Assembly (NCBI GenBank): GCA_964016885.1
Contig: OZ024743.1
Location: 196,664,001 to 196,728,000 of the forward strand
Source: Eledone cirrhosa
Lineage: Eukaryota
Length of the DNA: 64,000 bases
Direction: 5' to 3'
Positions 59,556 to 64,000 of this stretch are shown piece by piece (positions within the stretch are counted from its first letter, which is position 1; the number at the start of each line of letters is the position of its first letter). Below the pieces are notes generated by a model. It saw only the letters and a program-made list of their open reading frames with translations, did not search any database and was not told the origin of the DNA. The position numbers and the translations under genes are program-made.

Positions 59556-60219
59556 TCAAGTCGGTATGGGGAAATTTGAGAGATATTTGGTTCTTATTAC
59601 TTGCAGATAGAGCGTATAATGGTTGACAAAACATACACATGCTTTTGTGCTTTTCCTCCGAAAAAAAAATGACTGTTTTCTTTTCGTTTCTTTTTTTCTT
59701 ACTCGGGTCTATTTCTTCTTTCATCTCTAAAACTATCTTCTGATGAAGAATTAATGTCCGAATGTTAAGAAATTGTTCCTACTATATCAAGCGATAAACT
59801 AATATATATCTTCATTGTATAGTATCATTTCCCTGTGTTGTTTTTTCGTTTATTTTCGCATAGATATAGTATCCCTGCTTTGATAAATACTTTGATAAAT
59901 ATTTCACTTTTGCCTTGACCTAACCAGGTTGTGTGACCAAATACAGTCCGGAGGAGCTGGGCCCTCATCGGATACTTTGATATTAGATTTGCTGAAATCT
60001 TAAACAACAACGATAGCACTGTTACGGGCTCAGCACACGCATTATATCAAATACGTTTTATAATGTAATCATATGTACATAGAGGAAAATATACACAACG
60101 AAAAACGACATACACACCCATTCAACACCAGCCAGCCTGAAATCGTCTTTATTAAATAAAGCATTGAAATATACATACACATACATATATATGTATGTAT
60201 ATATGTATGTATGTATATA

Positions 60220-61840
<1,621 letters not shown>

Positions 61841-61998
61841 TATTACTCCAAGTATAACCTACATAGAAATTACCGCGAACTCGCTGCATAACTATGGAAG
61901 TATCTTGTCGAGTCAAACAAAACCGTACGTTCAAACTATTCACGACGCAGAGTACTCACAACCTCTAACTGGATTACCTATAACGATAACTTGTTATC

Positions 61999-62052
<54 letters not shown>

Positions 62053-62069
62053 GTATGTATACAGATGTA

Positions 62070-63166
62070 CAGTAGTATGTACCGGACGCACCGAAAACGA
62101 TAAATGGAAAAAAATAAACGAAATTTCATTTCTCACTCTTAGTACGGCTGTTACTTAAATATAAGTATATACACGTACATACACATATGTATACAGACGT
62201 ACAGTAGTATGTATATATATATATACATACATGCACACATATATATATATATATGTACGTATGGATTTACCGAACATTTATTATAATGCTCGGTTTGTTT
62301 GTAAACAAACATCCCAAACTAAGCCGTACAGTGTTTAGCAACCACCGTTACCCTTTTGTTCAACACTGACAAAGGAACGATGTACTAGTTTCAAGCTTAT
62401 TAGCTATCGTCAGCACCGTATACCTTCCTGCCAGATGATTGAACGTCTGAAAGTATATACTTTCCTTATGCATATTAAGGGCTGAGCAGCCTAATTTGCA
62501 TATCGAGTGAGTTAATCGGCCGGGCGCACCGAAAACGATAAATGGAAAAAATTAAACGAAATTTCGTTTCATTTTTTCCATTTATATATATATATATATA
62601 TCATTTATACGCACATACATACACGTATACAGACACAGTAGTATGTATATATATATATACATACATGTATATATATATACATACATGTATATATATATAT
62701 ACATACATGCACACATATATACATGTACGTATGGATTCACCGAACATTTATTATAATGCCGATTAACTCACTCGATATGCAAATTAGGCTGCTCAGCCGT
62801 TAATATGCATAAGGAAAGTATATACTTTCAGACGTTCAACCATCTGGCAGGAATGTATACGTTGCTGACGATAGCTAATAAGCTTGAAACTAGTACAGCG
62901 TTCCTTTGTCAGTGTTGAACAAATGAGCAACGATGGTTGCTAGACACTGTACGGCTTAATTCGGGATGTTTGTTTACAAACACATCAAGCATTATAATAA
63001 ATGTTCGGTGAATCCATACGTACATGTATATATGTGTGCATGTATGTATATATATATATACATACTACTGTATATCTATATACGTGTATGTATGTGCGTA
63101 TACATGCTTATATTTAAGTAACAGCCGTACTAAGAGTGAGAAATGAAATTTCGTTTTATTTTTTCC

Positions 63167-63170
<4 letters not shown>
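62070..63170. mobile_element. Non-coding element in tandem and inverted arrangement with hammerheads at 62377-62419 (-) and 62859-62901 (+)
   Basis: 62268-62520 mirrors about 62758-63010; acgttg-CTGACGA-t-agct-aata-agct-t-GAAA-ctag-TA-cagcgt. Confidence 0.8.
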
Positions 63171-63205
<35 letters not shown>

Positions 63206-63322
63206 GATAAATCTACCAAGAGTTTACGGTAGTGTCCAATCCGTATGGAGAACTCAATGTATTCCGGATATCATGGAAAGAAGAGATGCAATGAAAAATC
63301 ACTTTCGGTGAAAGATAAACGG

Positions 63323-63371
<49 letters not shown>

Positions 63372-63374
63372 CGA

Positions 63375-63703
63375 AAGGTTCAATTCTCAGATCGGATGAT
63401 GTGTTGTTTTCTTGAGCAAGACATTTTATTTCACATTGCTCCAGTTTACTCAGCTGTAGAAATGAGATGATAGGACTGGGGTCCCTATCATTCCACTGCA
63501 AACTGGTCGTGGTGGTGCCATGTCAAAAAAGCACCCATCCCACACTGTAAAGTAGTCGTGTAGGCGCCACGGAAAAAAAGCACCCAGATCTCACTGTAGA
63601 TGCGGTTGGTGTTAGGAAGGGCAGCTGTAGAAATCAAGCCAGAATCAGTTCCCGTCCCACCCTTGCAAGCAGGGAAAAGCGGACGTAAGATGATGATGAT
63701 GAT
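63375..63703 (+). mobile_element. Decayed family 2 SINE head and a retroposon 3' end with (GAT)n tail
   Basis: cttgagcaagacattttatttcac core; gttaggaagggc..aagcggacgtaagatgatgatgatgat tail. Confidence 0.6.
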
Positions 63704-64000
63704 ACATATATATGGGGTGTTTGAAATGTTTATAATAAGCATATAAGAGTCTCGCTATTAATGCTTTAAGCTGTGATAATATCACAGCTATCTCAGTAAC
63801 ATAATGATATTTTTGTATGTTTATTATACTTGAACATATGTATATCTTTTCATATAAACCTCTATTATGAACCACGCTATGTTAGTGATATTTCTAATAC
63901 ACCCAGGCGCGCCAAACACACACACAAATATAGTTCATAAATTTCACTTCAGTTATGTTTACGAGGTAATAATTATTTATATTATCATTTAATTAATTCA

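Overview
Gene-poor, AT-rich eukaryotic (metazoan) DNA. The SINE families resemble those of octopus/cephalopods; this is an inference. I found no supportable host protein-coding gene. Almost all long ORFs are read-throughs of (TA)n, (CA)n, (CT)n, (ACC)n or (GGT)n microsatellites. The real content is mobile DNA: fragments of Penelope-like retroelements (PLEs; RT and GIY-YIG endonuclease), a decayed RepHel Helitron with a tandem deletion derivative, RTE, CR1-like and CRE-like LINE fragments, tRNA-derived SINEs and several MITEs. The most striking signal is self-cleaving RNA. (1) A family of non-coding elements with 570-690 bp period carries a hammerhead whose strands are in a non-circularly permuted, pseudoknotted order, with compensatory changes across four diverged variants (18.0, 18.7, 30.1, 38.6/39.2 and 49.3 kb). 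(2) A 4.8-kb head-to-head array of apparently identical 310-bp units carries 15 type I hammerheads, one per unit (retrozyme-like). (3) Many further type I hammerheads or hammerhead halves lie in short, often palindromic PLE-type inserts inside (TA)n tracts. All RNA structures were folded by eye and none is tested.
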